Source: an uncultured delta proteobacterium
GTDB lineage: Bacteria; Desulfobacterota; Binatia; UBA9968
Assembly: GCA_963767275.1 (NCBI GenBank)
Contig: CAVYDL010000005.1
Coordinates: 401,533 to 465,532 of the forward strand
Direction: 5' to 3'
DNA: 64,000 nt
Shown piece by piece: positions 41,114 to 51,295 of the stretch (within the stretch, counting starts at the first letter, position 1; each line of letters opens with the position of its first letter). The position numbers were made by a program, and so were the translations under genes. Under the pieces are notes generated by a model. That model ran no database searches. It was not told where the DNA came from and worked only from the letters and a program-made list of their open reading frames with translations.

Positions 41114-42211
41114 ATGAGAAATACGGTGTTGATTATTGCCTTTCTGGTTTTCGTTTCATTTGCCACACCTGCGGTTGCCGCCGACAAGCTGCGCGTCGCC
41201 TTCGTCAGCCCGAGCGTCGCCCTGTCGCTGCCTTGGGTGGCCAAGGAGCTGGGAATTTTGGCCAAGCATGATTTGAGCGCCGAGATTTTGCTGATTACCG
41301 GCAGCCCGCGCCTGGTCCAATCGCTGATCGCCGGCGACGTCGACGTCGTATTTGCCGGCGTCACGGCGCTTACTCGGGCCCGTCTGCGCGGCGCGGAGGT
41401 GGCGATACTCGGCGCTTCGGCCAACCTTTCGAGCCAGAAGTTGATGGTCATTCGCAGCTCGAAGGTGCGCCGGCTCGAAGACTTGAAAGGCGCGACCATC
41501 GGCGTGTCGCAGTTCGGTTCCGAAGCCGACACCTTTACGCGCAACGCGCTGGCGACGGTGGGACTTCGGCCGGAACGCGATGTGACGATACTGCAGCTCG
41601 GCGGCCATCAGCAGGTTGCGGCCGCCATGGCGGCGGGAAAATTGGAAGCCGGCGGTTTGGGCGGTCTCGCGGCGCTCACTGCGGAGCGCGCCGGGGCGCG
41701 GCTTCTCAGCAGTGCTGCGGAGCTAAAGATTCTTTCGCCTGCCGGCACATTCGCCACCACCCGTGGATATATTCAGCGCAAGCGCAGCGTCGTCGAGCGC
41801 TTGATGCGCTCGTTCGTCGAAGCGATTCACTATCTGAAAACCAATCGCAGCGGCTCCATCGCGTTGCTGCAAAAGTATCTGGGCGGATTGAGCGCCGAGG
41901 AGGCAGCTTATCTTTACGACGAGCAGGCCGATCTGTTGGAACGTCTGCCGGCGCCCAACGAAAAGGCGCTTCAGGCCGTGCTCGGGCGCGAGAACGATGC
42001 TAAGTTGAAAACGATGTCGCCGGCGGATTTCATCGACGCGAGCTTTTTTAGAGAGATTGAAAAGAGCGGCTTGGTCGAGCAGTTGTACCGGAAATGGATT
42101 TTAGCAAATTGGCGGCGTAACGTGCCACCAGAAGATGTCTCGCGCAACGGGCGCCAAGGACGCAAAGGTAATGACTTCAGAGAAGCTAGATCACGGGGAA
42201 TCCGGATGTAG
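41114..42211 (+). CDS. NMT1/THI5-like substrate-binding protein with about 40-aa C-terminal extension from stop-codon loss
   Basis: Collinear with 38795..39778 to ...EQLYRK; the TAG in the paralog is TGG here. Confidence 0.75.
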   Translation: MRNTVLIIAFLVFVSFATPAVAADKLRVAFVSPSVALSLPWVAKELGILAKHDLSAEILLITGSPRLVQSLIAGDVDVVFAGVTALTRARLRGAEVAILGASANLSSQKLMVIRSSKVRRLEDLKGATIGVSQFGSEADTFTRNALATVGLRPERDVTILQLGGHQQVAAAMAAGKLEAGGLGGLAALTAERAGARLLSSAAELKILSPAGTFATTRGYIQRKRSVVERLMRSFVEAIHYLKTNRSGSIALLQKYLGGLSAEEAAYLYDEQADLLERLPAPNEKALQAVLGRENDAKLKTMSPADFIDASFFREIEKSGLVEQLYRKWILANWRRNVPPEDVSRNGRQGRKGNDFREARSRGIRM

Positions 42212-42320
42212 CGGCAGGATTTCCGAAACCTGCCCTCTTAGAATCGTCGCAAATGCAAAGCTGATTCGAAGTTGACGAAGGAATATTAACCCGGCCTCCA
42301 AAACATGAAGGGAGAATAAC

Positions 42321-42683
42321 ATGGCACGCATAGGGCATATCGCATTACTGACGAAGGACACCGAAAAACTCGCCGAGTTTTACAGGACCTCTTTCGGTCT
42401 CAACGAGGTCGCGCGCAGCGGCGAAGCCAGCGAACATGGCAAAGCGATCTATCTCTCCGACGGCCATATCAATTTGGCGATCCTTCCCGCGCGTAACCGC
42501 CGCGAGGGGATCTATCATTTCGGCATGCAAGTCGAAGACGTCAAGGGCGCCACGCAAACCGCGCTGGCCGCCGGCGCCACCGGCGGCACGGCGAATCTCC
42601 CCAAGGATGGCCGTTTTGCCGAAACCTTCGTGCTCGATCCGGTGGGCACGCGAGTGGATTTGTCGCCGGGTTGGAAAGTGTGA
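42321..42683 (+). CDS. VOC family protein
   Basis: Glyoxalase-like fold. Confidence 0.65.
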   Translation: MARIGHIALLTKDTEKLAEFYRTSFGLNEVARSGEASEHGKAIYLSDGHINLAILPARNRREGIYHFGMQVEDVKGATQTALAAGATGGTANLPKDGRFAETFVLDPVGTRVDLSPGWKV

Positions 42684-42784
42684 CCTAACGGTACATAGAG
42701 TGTTAGGATTTTGGCCTTCGACTGCCGCAGTTGATTGAATGAGCGATGTGATTCATCGTTCGTTAGCTTCTCGGTTTAGGTAGA

Positions 42785-43804
42785 ATGATTGAGCAGGTTA
42801 TGCGAACGAACAATTTCATCAAGCTCTGCTTGTTCACAGCTCTCGGTTTATTGGTTGCGCGTGCACAACTCCATGCACAGCCGGCGCTCGAGCGAATCAA
42901 CGCGATTTATGCATCGCTGGCCGGCGATCACGCCGCGCTTTACGTGGCGCAGGAGATGGGCTTGTTCCGTAAGTACGGTCTCGATGTCAATCTCAGCTAC
43001 ACCGCCGGAGCGGCGCAAGTGATCCAGACCATGATGGCCGGCGAAAATCAGATCGCGACGGCTGGCGGCAGCGGCGTGGTCGACGCCGATATCGCCGGGG
43101 CGGATCTGGTCGCGGTGGCGGGCATGGTGAATATGCCGGCCTTCTATATCGTCGTCCAACCGGAGATTAAGTCGATTCAAGATTTGCGCGGCAAACCGGT
43201 AGGTGTCACTCGCTTCGGCTCGTCCACCGATTTCACCATGCGCTATATCTTGAAGAAGGCCGGCCTCGAGCCCGACAAAGATGTGCCATTGCTACAAATG
43301 GGCGGCCAGCCGGAACTCGCGGCGGGGATCGAAACACGGCGGATATTTGCCGCGCCGATGACGCCGCCGGCGCTACAGAAGACGCTCAAAGCGGGAGCGC
43401 GAATCCAGATCCCGCCGAAAACCATCGGTCTTAGTTTCCCTCATGTCGGCATCGTCGTGCGCAAGACTTATCTAGCCGCGCACCGTCAGGTGGTGAAGAA
43501 TTTCATCGCCGGCTATTCCGAAGGCGTCGCCATGCTGCAAAGGGACAAAGAAGGCAGCAAGAAAGCGATCGCCAAGTTTCTCCAGACCGCCGACCCCGAG
43601 GTTCTCGAAGCGAGTTGGCAGTTCGGCGTCGATGTGATCGAACGCATCCCCAATCTCGATCCCGAAATGTTCAAACTCGTCCTCGAAGAGCGCGCCCAAA
43701 CCCGTCCCGAAGTCAAGAAATTTAAACCGGAACAGTTTTTTGACGACAGCGTGGTGAAGGAACTGGAAAAGGAAGGGTTTTTCAAGAAGCTTTTTGCGCG
43801 GTAA
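42785..43804 (+). CDS. NMT1/THI5-like substrate-binding protein
   Basis: Signal peptide; SsuA-like. Confidence 0.7.
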   Translation: MIEQVMRTNNFIKLCLFTALGLLVARAQLHAQPALERINAIYASLAGDHAALYVAQEMGLFRKYGLDVNLSYTAGAAQVIQTMMAGENQIATAGGSGVVDADIAGADLVAVAGMVNMPAFYIVVQPEIKSIQDLRGKPVGVTRFGSSTDFTMRYILKKAGLEPDKDVPLLQMGGQPELAAGIETRRIFAAPMTPPALQKTLKAGARIQIPPKTIGLSFPHVGIVVRKTYLAAHRQVVKNFIAGYSEGVAMLQRDKEGSKKAIAKFLQTADPEVLEASWQFGVDVIERIPNLDPEMFKLVLEERAQTRPEVKKFKPEQFFDDSVVKELEKEGFFKKLFAR

Positions 43805-43982
43805 GACGTTGCGGTGACGGGGCGGCAGTAAATCTACGAAAGATCCCTGCGCCAATAACAGCGCATGAATTCCATTCGAATATCGCTACAGAGTGACTGT
43901 AGGATCAGGTCATGCGATCGCCTCTTTTCAGAGTGCGACCGCATGAGCCGCCTGATAACCGAACTCACTCATGAGTTCAGTT

Positions 43983-44273
43983 CTATTTTACTTCGTAACG
44001 CTTGACGGTGGCGCGTCCGCCTTGCAAACCGCGTGAATGTTTTTGAATTTCCGTATGGGCGTCGCTTTTGCGGTACTTGTCGATATTCGCCTGATTGTCC
44101 CACTCGGAATAGGAGATAAACTCGCCGGGTGCATCGGCGCATTCCAATAGTTTCTCGGACAGACATCCCGGCTGCTTGATCATGAGCGGAGCGCAGTGGT
44201 TTTTCCAAAGACTGATTGCCTGCGAAACCTGATCCGGCTTTACGGTAACGAAAATCATTCTGACAATCGACAT
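43983..44273 (-). CDS. antibiotic-biosynthesis-monooxygenase (ABM/Dabb) family protein
   Basis: About 96 aa ferredoxin-like fold; start MSIVRMIF at 44273 with AGGAGG RBS. Confidence 0.6.
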   Translation of the reverse strand: MSIVRMIFVTVKPDQVSQAISLWKNHCAPLMIKQPGCLSEKLLECADAPGEFISYSEWDNQANIDKYRKSDAHTEIQKHSRGLQGGRATVKRYEVK

Positions 44274-44744
44274 AATAACCTCCTTGTTAAATAATCGAAG
44301 CAAACTCGCATCCGGTAGATTGTGCCGCGAAATATCAAACTGCTTCTGTCCCTCCTTTCGCATGCAGTCGTTGAACAACCTCTAGCACCAGACTAGCAAA
44401 TAAAATTTTTCATTTCACCAGCGATTCTGAAGTTTCGCTGGGGAATTTTTACCGGCGATAATTCGACGATTCATAATCGTTCCGCAACCGCATCGGGGTT
44501 GAAACGCCGGGCGTCGATCGATCCGGCACAACGCTGGCGATGATGACTAGCGATAACTTGATTGCCTGCAGAATTTAGGGATAAATCGCTCAGCGTTCAG
44601 TTTGCGACATTCGAAGGTAGTTTTACGTGCGCAGCGATATTCAAAACGAACAAGCACTTTACCGGTCGCTCGTTCCGACTGTGATCGGTTACCGCTTGAT
44701 GGTTCGGTATCCAGGCCATCTTTGGCGCCTTTTTACTCGGGGCG

Positions 44745-45209
44745 ATGATTCCCCGCGACAGCGCCCTGGGACGAGCCCTCGTCAGTCAGCTCGATAAGGT
44801 TGTCACCATCCTGCTTCTCCCGGCGTTCTTCGCATTGACGGGCATGGGGACGCGAATCGACTTGCTATATGAGCCGTGGCAGTGGCTGATTTGTGCCGTC
44901 ATCATTGTGACAGCCGTGGGCGGGAAGTTTGGTGGCACACTGGTTGCCGCACGCCTGACCGGGTTGCGCTGGCGCGACGCGGCGATTCTCGGCACGATGA
45001 TGAACACCCGGGGGCTGATGGAATTGATCGTTCTAAACGTCGGGCTGGACTTGCAGGTCATAACGCCCACGCTCTTTGCAATGATGGTATTGATGGCCCT
45101 GGTAACCGCTATGATGACAGCGCCGGTGGTGCGGTTGCTAGATCCGCGGCCCGCCCTCGAAGAGGAGCCGGAGACGATAATGGAACATGGGCTACGAAAC
45201 CTGCGATAG
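44745..45209 (+). pseudogene. C-terminal fragment of a cation:proton antiporter (CPA/KefB/NhaP-like)
   Basis: Frame continues upstream (GIQAIFGAFLLGAMIPRD) to an in-frame TGA; no N-terminal part in any frame. Confidence 0.65.
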
Positions 45210-45248
45210 GTTGGTGACTAGATTCGCACTTCCTGTCAGCGTTGGCTA

Positions 45249-46034
45249 TTACCGCCGGGAGTCGTTAGCCGGCTCGCCTTCATCGATCGGGTAGATGTGC
45301 GGCGTAAAGTAGCGACCCACGGGCTGCTGCCCGATGAAGTTTTCGAAGTACTCGTGCCAGCGCATCGCAGCGACCCAGATCGCCTCCGGACACGAGGCGC
45401 GTGACTCGAGGCCGGGCGTTAGATCAAACTTGGCTGCTGCGCAAGCGATCTCGAGCATGCAGGCGCTCGGCAGCCCAATTCCATCAGTGAGCGGATTGGG
45501 AGTTCGCGCGGCCCCCCAGGCGAAAGCCAGCCAGCGCAGTATGTGCTCAAGGGCGTCGAGCGTCCCGCGCGAGCGCTTGAAGGTTTCAACTTTTTCCAGG
45601 ATCTGTGTCTGCGCTATGGGCAGAGCGATCAGCGCAATGTTGGGCCAGTGGTCCGGGTCGGCGAAGTCGCGCATGGGCCGGTCGACGACGCCGTTGGTGC
45701 GGGTGGCAAACACGCCCTGCGCCGGCTGCAGAAGCGGCACGTGCAGTGCCCGGGCGCGCGCCACTCTTTCGCCGCGCAGGCGGGCGAGAACGGCTTCCGA
45801 CCAGTACGAGGGCAGCATGTCACTACGCAAATGCGACTGCGCAACGCGCAGGCGGAAGGACAGTGTATCGTTCCCGCCGAGCAGCACGACGTAGGTCCAA
45901 CCGTCGGACCCGCCCGTGCCCATATCGGCGACAGCGCGCGTTCCCCATTGCAAGTTGTCTTCGTTCTTGAGCCGCGTCAGCGGCTTGAGCAACTGGTTCT
46001 TGGTTTTGCTCGTAGATTGAAGTTGACGCAGCAT
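45249..46034 (-). CDS. hypothetical protein (third gene of lipase-PhoD operon)
   Basis: Start MLRQLQ at 46034 with GGAGA RBS, 19 nt after the PhoD-like stop. Confidence 0.5.
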   Translation of the reverse strand: MLRQLQSTSKTKNQLLKPLTRLKNEDNLQWGTRAVADMGTGGSDGWTYVVLLGGNDTLSFRLRVAQSHLRSDMLPSYWSEAVLARLRGERVARARALHVPLLQPAQGVFATRTNGVVDRPMRDFADPDHWPNIALIALPIAQTQILEKVETFKRSRGTLDALEHILRWLAFAWGAARTPNPLTDGIGLPSACMLEIACAAAKFDLTPGLESRASCPEAIWVAAMRWHEYFENFIGQQPVGRYFTPHIYPIDEGEPANDSRR

Positions 46035-46053
46035 TGGTTGGGTCTCCGTGGGG

Positions 46054-47526
46054 TTAATAGGGTAACAGCGGGAACGGTCCGGCGGTCTCCGGTTGCGCAA
46101 CCTCCGGGTCGGCGTGAATCGCGTGATAACTCACCTGCATTTCGAGCCCGCGCCCGGCGCGACTGAACTGCACAAGGGCCACCTGATCGCCGCGACGGTG
46201 GAACACTTTGATCGGAGTAAACTGCCGCCCGCGACCAAAGCGACTCGGCGGGTTCGGCGGTTCGGGGTGTCGCGGCCAAGTCTCAGCGCGGCCAAAAATG
46301 CCGCGCAGGCTGTTCCCGACTAGCGCTAATTGATCCGTGCCGGGCGTGTCGATCAGGCGCGATGGCGAACAGATCACCTCGTACAGCATTGCGCGGCCGC
46401 TGGGCATGTGCACGGCCTCGGCGATGCGGCCCCAATGCACGTCACCGGTGAGAAAGATCACCGGCACGCCCGCGGTCGCCAGGCGCTCAAGCGCGCCCTC
46501 CACTCGATCGAACTCCTCGTAGTTGGCAAGCTCCGCGTCCTTCCAGCGAGCCGCGCTATCCTCGGGCAGATCCACAAACAGCGCCTGCCCTGCCGCAAGC
46601 AGGCCGATCACAGGCTTGCCTGCCGCGAGCGCCGCGGCCAGATCGGTTTCCCAAGCGAGGAGCGCCGCTTTGGCTTCGGACGCCATCAGTCCAGCCGCGG
46701 CAGCGAAGTCGCCGCCCCTGCGGCAGCGAGTGTCCAGTATCAGCATGCGCAGCGGGTCGATGTCGATACGCCAACTCGACGCAGCGCTGCCGGGAGGACC
46801 TCCTTGCTGGTAGTCCTCGTACAGCGACTGGGCAGCCGCACACCAGCGGGTGCGACCGTCCTCGGCCCACGTGCCCGGTAGCTGTGCCTGCTTGAACGGG
46901 TAATTGTTCCAGAACTCGTGGTCGTCGGGGATGCACAGCGCAGGTGCTCGGGTGAGCAGCGCATGCAGCCCTGCGATCCCAAGTGTTTCCGACAGCCAGT
47001 TGCGCCGGTACTTGTCGCCGAGAAACTGCGACAGCGCGGGTTCGCTCTCGGGCAGGTCTTCGAAGAGCGGCAGGTCCAGGTAAACCTGATCGCCGGCCAG
47101 CAGCGTCATGTGCGGGCGAATTGGCAATTGCGCGACAATGTTGCCGAGCATGCCGCCGCTGTCTTCGGGCTGAAAGTAGCACGACGCGAGCAACAGATTG
47201 AAAGTTCCATCAAGCTTGGCGGGCACAGCGGATGGCAGCGAATGGACGATTCGCTCGATACGGTCGCCGCCTGCGCGCACAGCGACAAGGTGGGGTCGAT
47301 CGGGACCCCGCGCGGCAAGGCGGAACACGCCCTGGTGATTGAGTGGCAAGCCGCGTGGGCCTGTCTGACGGTCTCGAATCGGGTTGAGCTGCGGCGTACC
47401 GATGGGCAGCGCCGCTTGGCCGCCGATCTCGAAGGTCGGCATAGGCGGCTGCTCGCTACCGAAGATACCGATCCAGAGCTGGAGCTCATCCGCGGCGCCG
47501 ACCTGAGGCCATGCGGCGAGCATCAT
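46054..47526 (-). CDS. PhoD-like phosphatase / metallophosphoesterase
   Basis: Motifs LLAGDQVYLD and IPDDHEFWNNYP; start MMLAAWPQ overlaps the upstream stop (ATGA); track ORF has an Arg-rich spurious extension. Confidence 0.55.
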   Translation of the reverse strand: MMLAAWPQVGAADELQLWIGIFGSEQPPMPTFEIGGQAALPIGTPQLNPIRDRQTGPRGLPLNHQGVFRLAARGPDRPHLVAVRAGGDRIERIVHSLPSAVPAKLDGTFNLLLASCYFQPEDSGGMLGNIVAQLPIRPHMTLLAGDQVYLDLPLFEDLPESEPALSQFLGDKYRRNWLSETLGIAGLHALLTRAPALCIPDDHEFWNNYPFKQAQLPGTWAEDGRTRWCAAAQSLYEDYQQGGPPGSAASSWRIDIDPLRMLILDTRCRRGGDFAAAAGLMASEAKAALLAWETDLAAALAAGKPVIGLLAAGQALFVDLPEDSAARWKDAELANYEEFDRVEGALERLATAGVPVIFLTGDVHWGRIAEAVHMPSGRAMLYEVICSPSRLIDTPGTDQLALVGNSLRGIFGRAETWPRHPEPPNPPSRFGRGRQFTPIKVFHRRGDQVALVQFSRAGRGLEMQVSYHAIHADPEVAQPETAGPFPLLPY

Positions 47527-48380
47527 GGCCAGAAGGCTCGCACGTAGTTGACCGGCGCGTGGTCGGCGAGGTCGCGCGAGAGCACGGTGCCGAAGCGGAA
47601 CGCATGCTGCGCGAGGTAATCGATCCGGGCCTGAAGCCGGTCGGCATTGATGAATTCCGTCGCCGCGTCGGCGGCGACGCCGCCATTGCGATCGATGTAA
47701 GTCAGTCGGCCGGCATGCTCGAAGCCGGCCTGCGTCGGCGGAATCTCGGTAACCACATCGCAACAGTCTACGATGCGCGTCACTTCGAGCCCCAGTGTAG
47801 CCGTGATGCCGGCTGCAAAAGTCGCGTCCCCGACCCGAGGGGAGCCGATCGTGATCAGATGAGTAGCCTGGGCCGGCCGCGCCAGTAGTGTGGCGATGGC
47901 AGCGCCCAAGCTGTGGCCGCAGACCATCAATCCTTGGCGTCGCCGCGCGGGTCCATCGAGCCAGGCATTTACTTCGGGCCACAGGCTCAGCGCCGTTCCG
48001 CGAAAGCCTGCATGCACCTGACCGGCACCGTGGTCCAAAGGGCTGAACACGAAGCCGAGGTCAGTGGCGAGATCGCCAAGTCGGTCGGGTTGAGTGCCGC
48101 GGAAGACGAGCAAGCCGAAGCCGTCGGTTCGAAGTGCGCCATAGCCCTGGCCGTCAGTGGCCGGATCGTTAAAGAGAGCGGGCGGGTCGAAGCCGGCCAA
48201 CGCCAACGCCGCGGCCAAGCGGTCACGCTCGGCCTGTGACTCTTCCACACGCAAGTAGGCGAGCCTTGCAGCTTCAGCCGCGAGCGCTTCGGCACTCGCC
48301 GGCGGGCCATCTCGGAACACGGTGTCGCGGCGTTCCGGCTGTAACAGTGCGATCCGGCTTGGATCGTAGGCGATAGGCAT
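47523..48380 (-). CDS. class 3 lipase family alpha/beta hydrolase
   Basis: Nucleophile elbow VCGHSLGAAIATL; no signal peptide. Confidence 0.65.
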   Translation of the reverse strand: MPIAYDPSRIALLQPERRDTVFRDGPPASAEALAAEAARLAYLRVEESQAERDRLAAALALAGFDPPALFNDPATDGQGYGALRTDGFGLLVFRGTQPDRLGDLATDLGFVFSPLDHGAGQVHAGFRGTALSLWPEVNAWLDGPARRRQGLMVCGHSLGAAIATLLARPAQATHLITIGSPRVGDATFAAGITATLGLEVTRIVDCCDVVTEIPPTQAGFEHAGRLTYIDRNGGVAADAATEFINADRLQARIDYLAQHAFRFGTVLSRDLADHAPVNYVRAFWP

Positions 48381-48503
48381 TGCAAATTGTTTTACTCGAA
48401 AACGCGAATTCGGTAAATATGTCGGAGCCGTAGTTTGGCACCATTGTCCTAGCAGACAACGATTTGCATTCGTGGTAAATGAGCCGGTGGAGGAACAGTC
48501 GAA

Positions 48504-49514
48504 ATGAATAAACCGCAGTTGATGGCGGCCTGGGCGTTTATCTTAGGATGCGCATGCATATGCCCTTGGACTTCATTCGCCGCCGAGTGGAAGGACAAAG
48601 CCGAGGCGGAGGGAAGGTTGGTTTTCTACACCACCGCCAACACGGCGGATACGAAAGCCCTCACCGACAGCTTCAAGAAACTCTATCCGAAGGTCGATGT
48701 GCAGTTCGACCGCACCACCGACTCCCAGATGATGGAGAAGATACTGATCGAAGCGCGGGCCGGAAGATCGCAGTGGGATGTGGTTTCGACGACGGGGTTT
48801 TATGGATACCTGCTAAAAAAACGCGGACTCCTGGCCGCCTACGATTCCCCGGAACGAAAATACTTCCGCGTTGGTTTCAAAGATCCCCAGGGATTTTGGA
48901 CTTCGAACTATACCACCTACGGAGTTTTTGGTTTCAATACCAAACTCGTGTCAAAGGCAAACGTTCCGCGATCCCATGAAGATCTGCTCAAGCCCGCCTG
49001 GAAAGGCCAGGTCGGCATCGAAAGCCGGGCCTATGAATGGTTTACCGCGACGATCAGCGGCATGGGACGAGAAAAAGGACTGAGCTTCATGCGTGCGCTC
49101 GCGGCTCAACAGCCCAGCCTGCGCAGCGGCAGAACCCTATTGGCCCAGTTGGTTGCCGCCGGCGAGTTCAACGGCGCACTGACTTCCTATATGCACAACT
49201 TCGATACGTTGAAGGCCGGCGGCGCGCCGGTGGATTGGGTCCCGCTGGCACCGTCCTTCGCTAACCTTCATCCGGTGGGACTTTCCGCGAAAGCGCCCCA
49301 TCCAAACGCGGGCAGGCTGTTTATCGATTTCATGCTTTCCCAGAGGGGACAGGAAGTCGTGCGTGCTCTTAAACGCATTCCGGATCGCCGCGATACGCCG
49401 CCGGACCCGCCGACTTTGCTGCAAGGAGTGACGCCGGCGTTTACCGCACCCGAGATGTATGACGACTTCGATCGCTACATCAAGCTCTATCAAGAGATAT
49501 TCGGCGTCAAGTGA
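48504..49514 (+). CDS. ABC-type Fe3+/solute-binding family 1 SBP
   Basis: Signal peptide; paralog of 37768 and 56364. Confidence 0.7.
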   Translation: MNKPQLMAAWAFILGCACICPWTSFAAEWKDKAEAEGRLVFYTTANTADTKALTDSFKKLYPKVDVQFDRTTDSQMMEKILIEARAGRSQWDVVSTTGFYGYLLKKRGLLAAYDSPERKYFRVGFKDPQGFWTSNYTTYGVFGFNTKLVSKANVPRSHEDLLKPAWKGQVGIESRAYEWFTATISGMGREKGLSFMRALAAQQPSLRSGRTLLAQLVAAGEFNGALTSYMHNFDTLKAGGAPVDWVPLAPSFANLHPVGLSAKAPHPNAGRLFIDFMLSQRGQEVVRALKRIPDRRDTPPDPPTLLQGVTPAFTAPEMYDDFDRYIKLYQEIFGVK

Positions 49515-49578
49515 AATAATGGTTGGGCTGGCGATGGGTTTTTCTCACAGAGCGATCAGCGTCGTTTGTCAGCGGGCG

Positions 49579-49652
49579 AATCGATCATTGAATCGATCTT
49601 GCAATCGATCTTGCAATCGATCTTAGAATCGGTCTTGGAATCGGTCTTGGAG
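49579..49652. repeat. 12-nt tandem repeat (AATCGATCTTGC x about 6, degenerating)
   Basis: Sits directly upstream of the VOC gene start. Confidence 0.85.
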
Positions 49653-49657
49653 GGATT

Positions 49658-50023
49658 ATGTCGATCAAGCTGAATCACACGATTGTGCCGGCTAAAGACA
49701 AAGACGCCGCGGCGCGATTGTTCGCGAAGATTTTTGGCCTCACCTACGATGGACCGATGGGCCATTTTGCCCCGGTGCGGATTAACGACGAGCTGACACT
49801 GGACTTCGATAATGCCGATTCCTTCGAGCCGCATCATTACGCCTTTCATGTCAGCGACGAGGAATTCGATGCGATCTTTCGGCGCATCCAAGATACCGGC
49901 CTGACCTGGGGCAGCGAGCCGCGGAGTCCCACCAACGGTCAATTGAATACTCGAAAGGGCGGCCGCGGCATATACTTTCATGGACCCGACGGCCATTTGC
50001 TCGAGCTGCTCACACGGCCGTGA
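49658..50023 (+). CDS. VOC family protein
   Basis: Glyoxalase-like fold. Confidence 0.65.
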   Translation: MSIKLNHTIVPAKDKDAAARLFAKIFGLTYDGPMGHFAPVRINDELTLDFDNADSFEPHHYAFHVSDEEFDAIFRRIQDTGLTWGSEPRSPTNGQLNTRKGGRGIYFHGPDGHLLELLTRP

Positions 50024-50169
50024 GTGAGTGGGAAATCACCGCATTCCTGCCAGCTCATATTGAGCAGTGATTGCCCAACTCTGCGTGGTGCTCGACATCA
50101 CAGCGGGTTTTCATGTTATATGAAAAGCGAATTGCCAGTTTTGAAAGGAAAACCGGAGCTAAAATAATC

Positions 50170-51168
50170 ATGATTTACCGGAACATTGCTTGTTATTGCT
50201 TCACCTTGGCGTTGTTGTTTTCGGGAGTCGGGTTCGCCCAGGAGAAAAAACTCGACCGCCTGCGCGTCGGCGGCGGTTCGGCGTCGGCGGCGCAGATGGC
50301 GATCTGGTTCGCTAAAGAAGGCGGGTTCTATGAGAAGCATGGGCTCAATGTCGAGGTGATCAGCATTCCGGGCAGTTCGCTGGCGATACAAGCCATGTTG
50401 TCGGGGGAGTTGCCGATCATTCAAGCCGGCGGCGCCGGCCCGATTCAAGTTGCCCTGTCGGGCACCGACACGGTGATTCTCGCGACCATCGTGAAAAAAT
50501 TTAACTGGTGGATTTTCGGCCAACCGAATATTGCGCGAGTGGAGGACTTGAAGGGGAAGATTTTTGGCGTCACCCGCTTCGGCACGCAGTCCGATTTGGC
50601 GTCGCGCATTGCGCTGCGCAAGGCCGGACTCGAGCCCGAGCGGGATGTCACGATGATTCAAACCGGTGGACCGGCGGAAACCGTCACCGCCATGGCTGCG
50701 GGCCGGGTCAACGCGGCGGCGATCAGCCCGCCGGCGACGCTGCAAGCGAAGCGATTGAAGCTCAAGGATTTGATGGATCTGACCACCCTCGATGTCGAAT
50801 ATCACGTCAACGGCGTGGTCACGACCCGGCGCTATTTGAAGTCCAACGAAGACATCGTCCGGCGCTTTCTGCGCGCCTATACCGAAGGCGCGGTGCGCGG
50901 CATGAAAGACAAGGCCTTCGCGATCAAGACCATGGGAAAATATTTTCGCACCGACGACAAAGAGGTGCTCGACGAAACCTACGAGCTCAGCATCAAGACC
51001 GGCTTCACCGTGCCGCCGTACCCGGCGGGCATTGCCGGTCTGTTGCAAGACTTGGAAAAAACCACGCCTAAAGCCAAAACCGCCAAGCCCGAGGAGTTCA
51101 TCGACAATCGCCTGGTGCGTGAAATGGATCAGAGCGGCTTCGTGAAGTCGCTGCTGGCGGCGAAATGA
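50170..51168 (+). CDS. NMT1/THI5-like substrate-binding protein
   Basis: Start MIYRNIACYCFTLALLFSGVGFA (signal peptide) after a GGAG RBS. Confidence 0.7.
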   Translation: MIYRNIACYCFTLALLFSGVGFAQEKKLDRLRVGGGSASAAQMAIWFAKEGGFYEKHGLNVEVISIPGSSLAIQAMLSGELPIIQAGGAGPIQVALSGTDTVILATIVKKFNWWIFGQPNIARVEDLKGKIFGVTRFGTQSDLASRIALRKAGLEPERDVTMIQTGGPAETVTAMAAGRVNAAAISPPATLQAKRLKLKDLMDLTTLDVEYHVNGVVTTRRYLKSNEDIVRRFLRAYTEGAVRGMKDKAFAIKTMGKYFRTDDKEVLDETYELSIKTGFTVPPYPAGIAGLLQDLEKTTPKAKTAKPEEFIDNRLVREMDQSGFVKSLLAAK

Positions 51169-51295
51169 GCCGACGATAGTAAACGCCCAAGACTCACGAC
51201 GAAGACGCCAAGGCCACCGAGGGTTTTGAAAAATTTGATGCTTAAGTTTCTCCCACTTGATTGCCTTGCTGGTGAAACGGAGTTCGCTGTAGGAG

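Noticed and set aside
46054-47982. 642-aa ORF with a 150-residue Arg-rich N-terminus
   Set aside because: The extension overlaps the lipase gene in another frame. The real start is the MM at 47526 overlapping the lipase stop.
49556-49996. 146-aa minus ORF ending DSKTDSKIDCKIDCKID
   Set aside because: Produced by translating the 12-nt tandem repeat and the antisense of the VOC gene.
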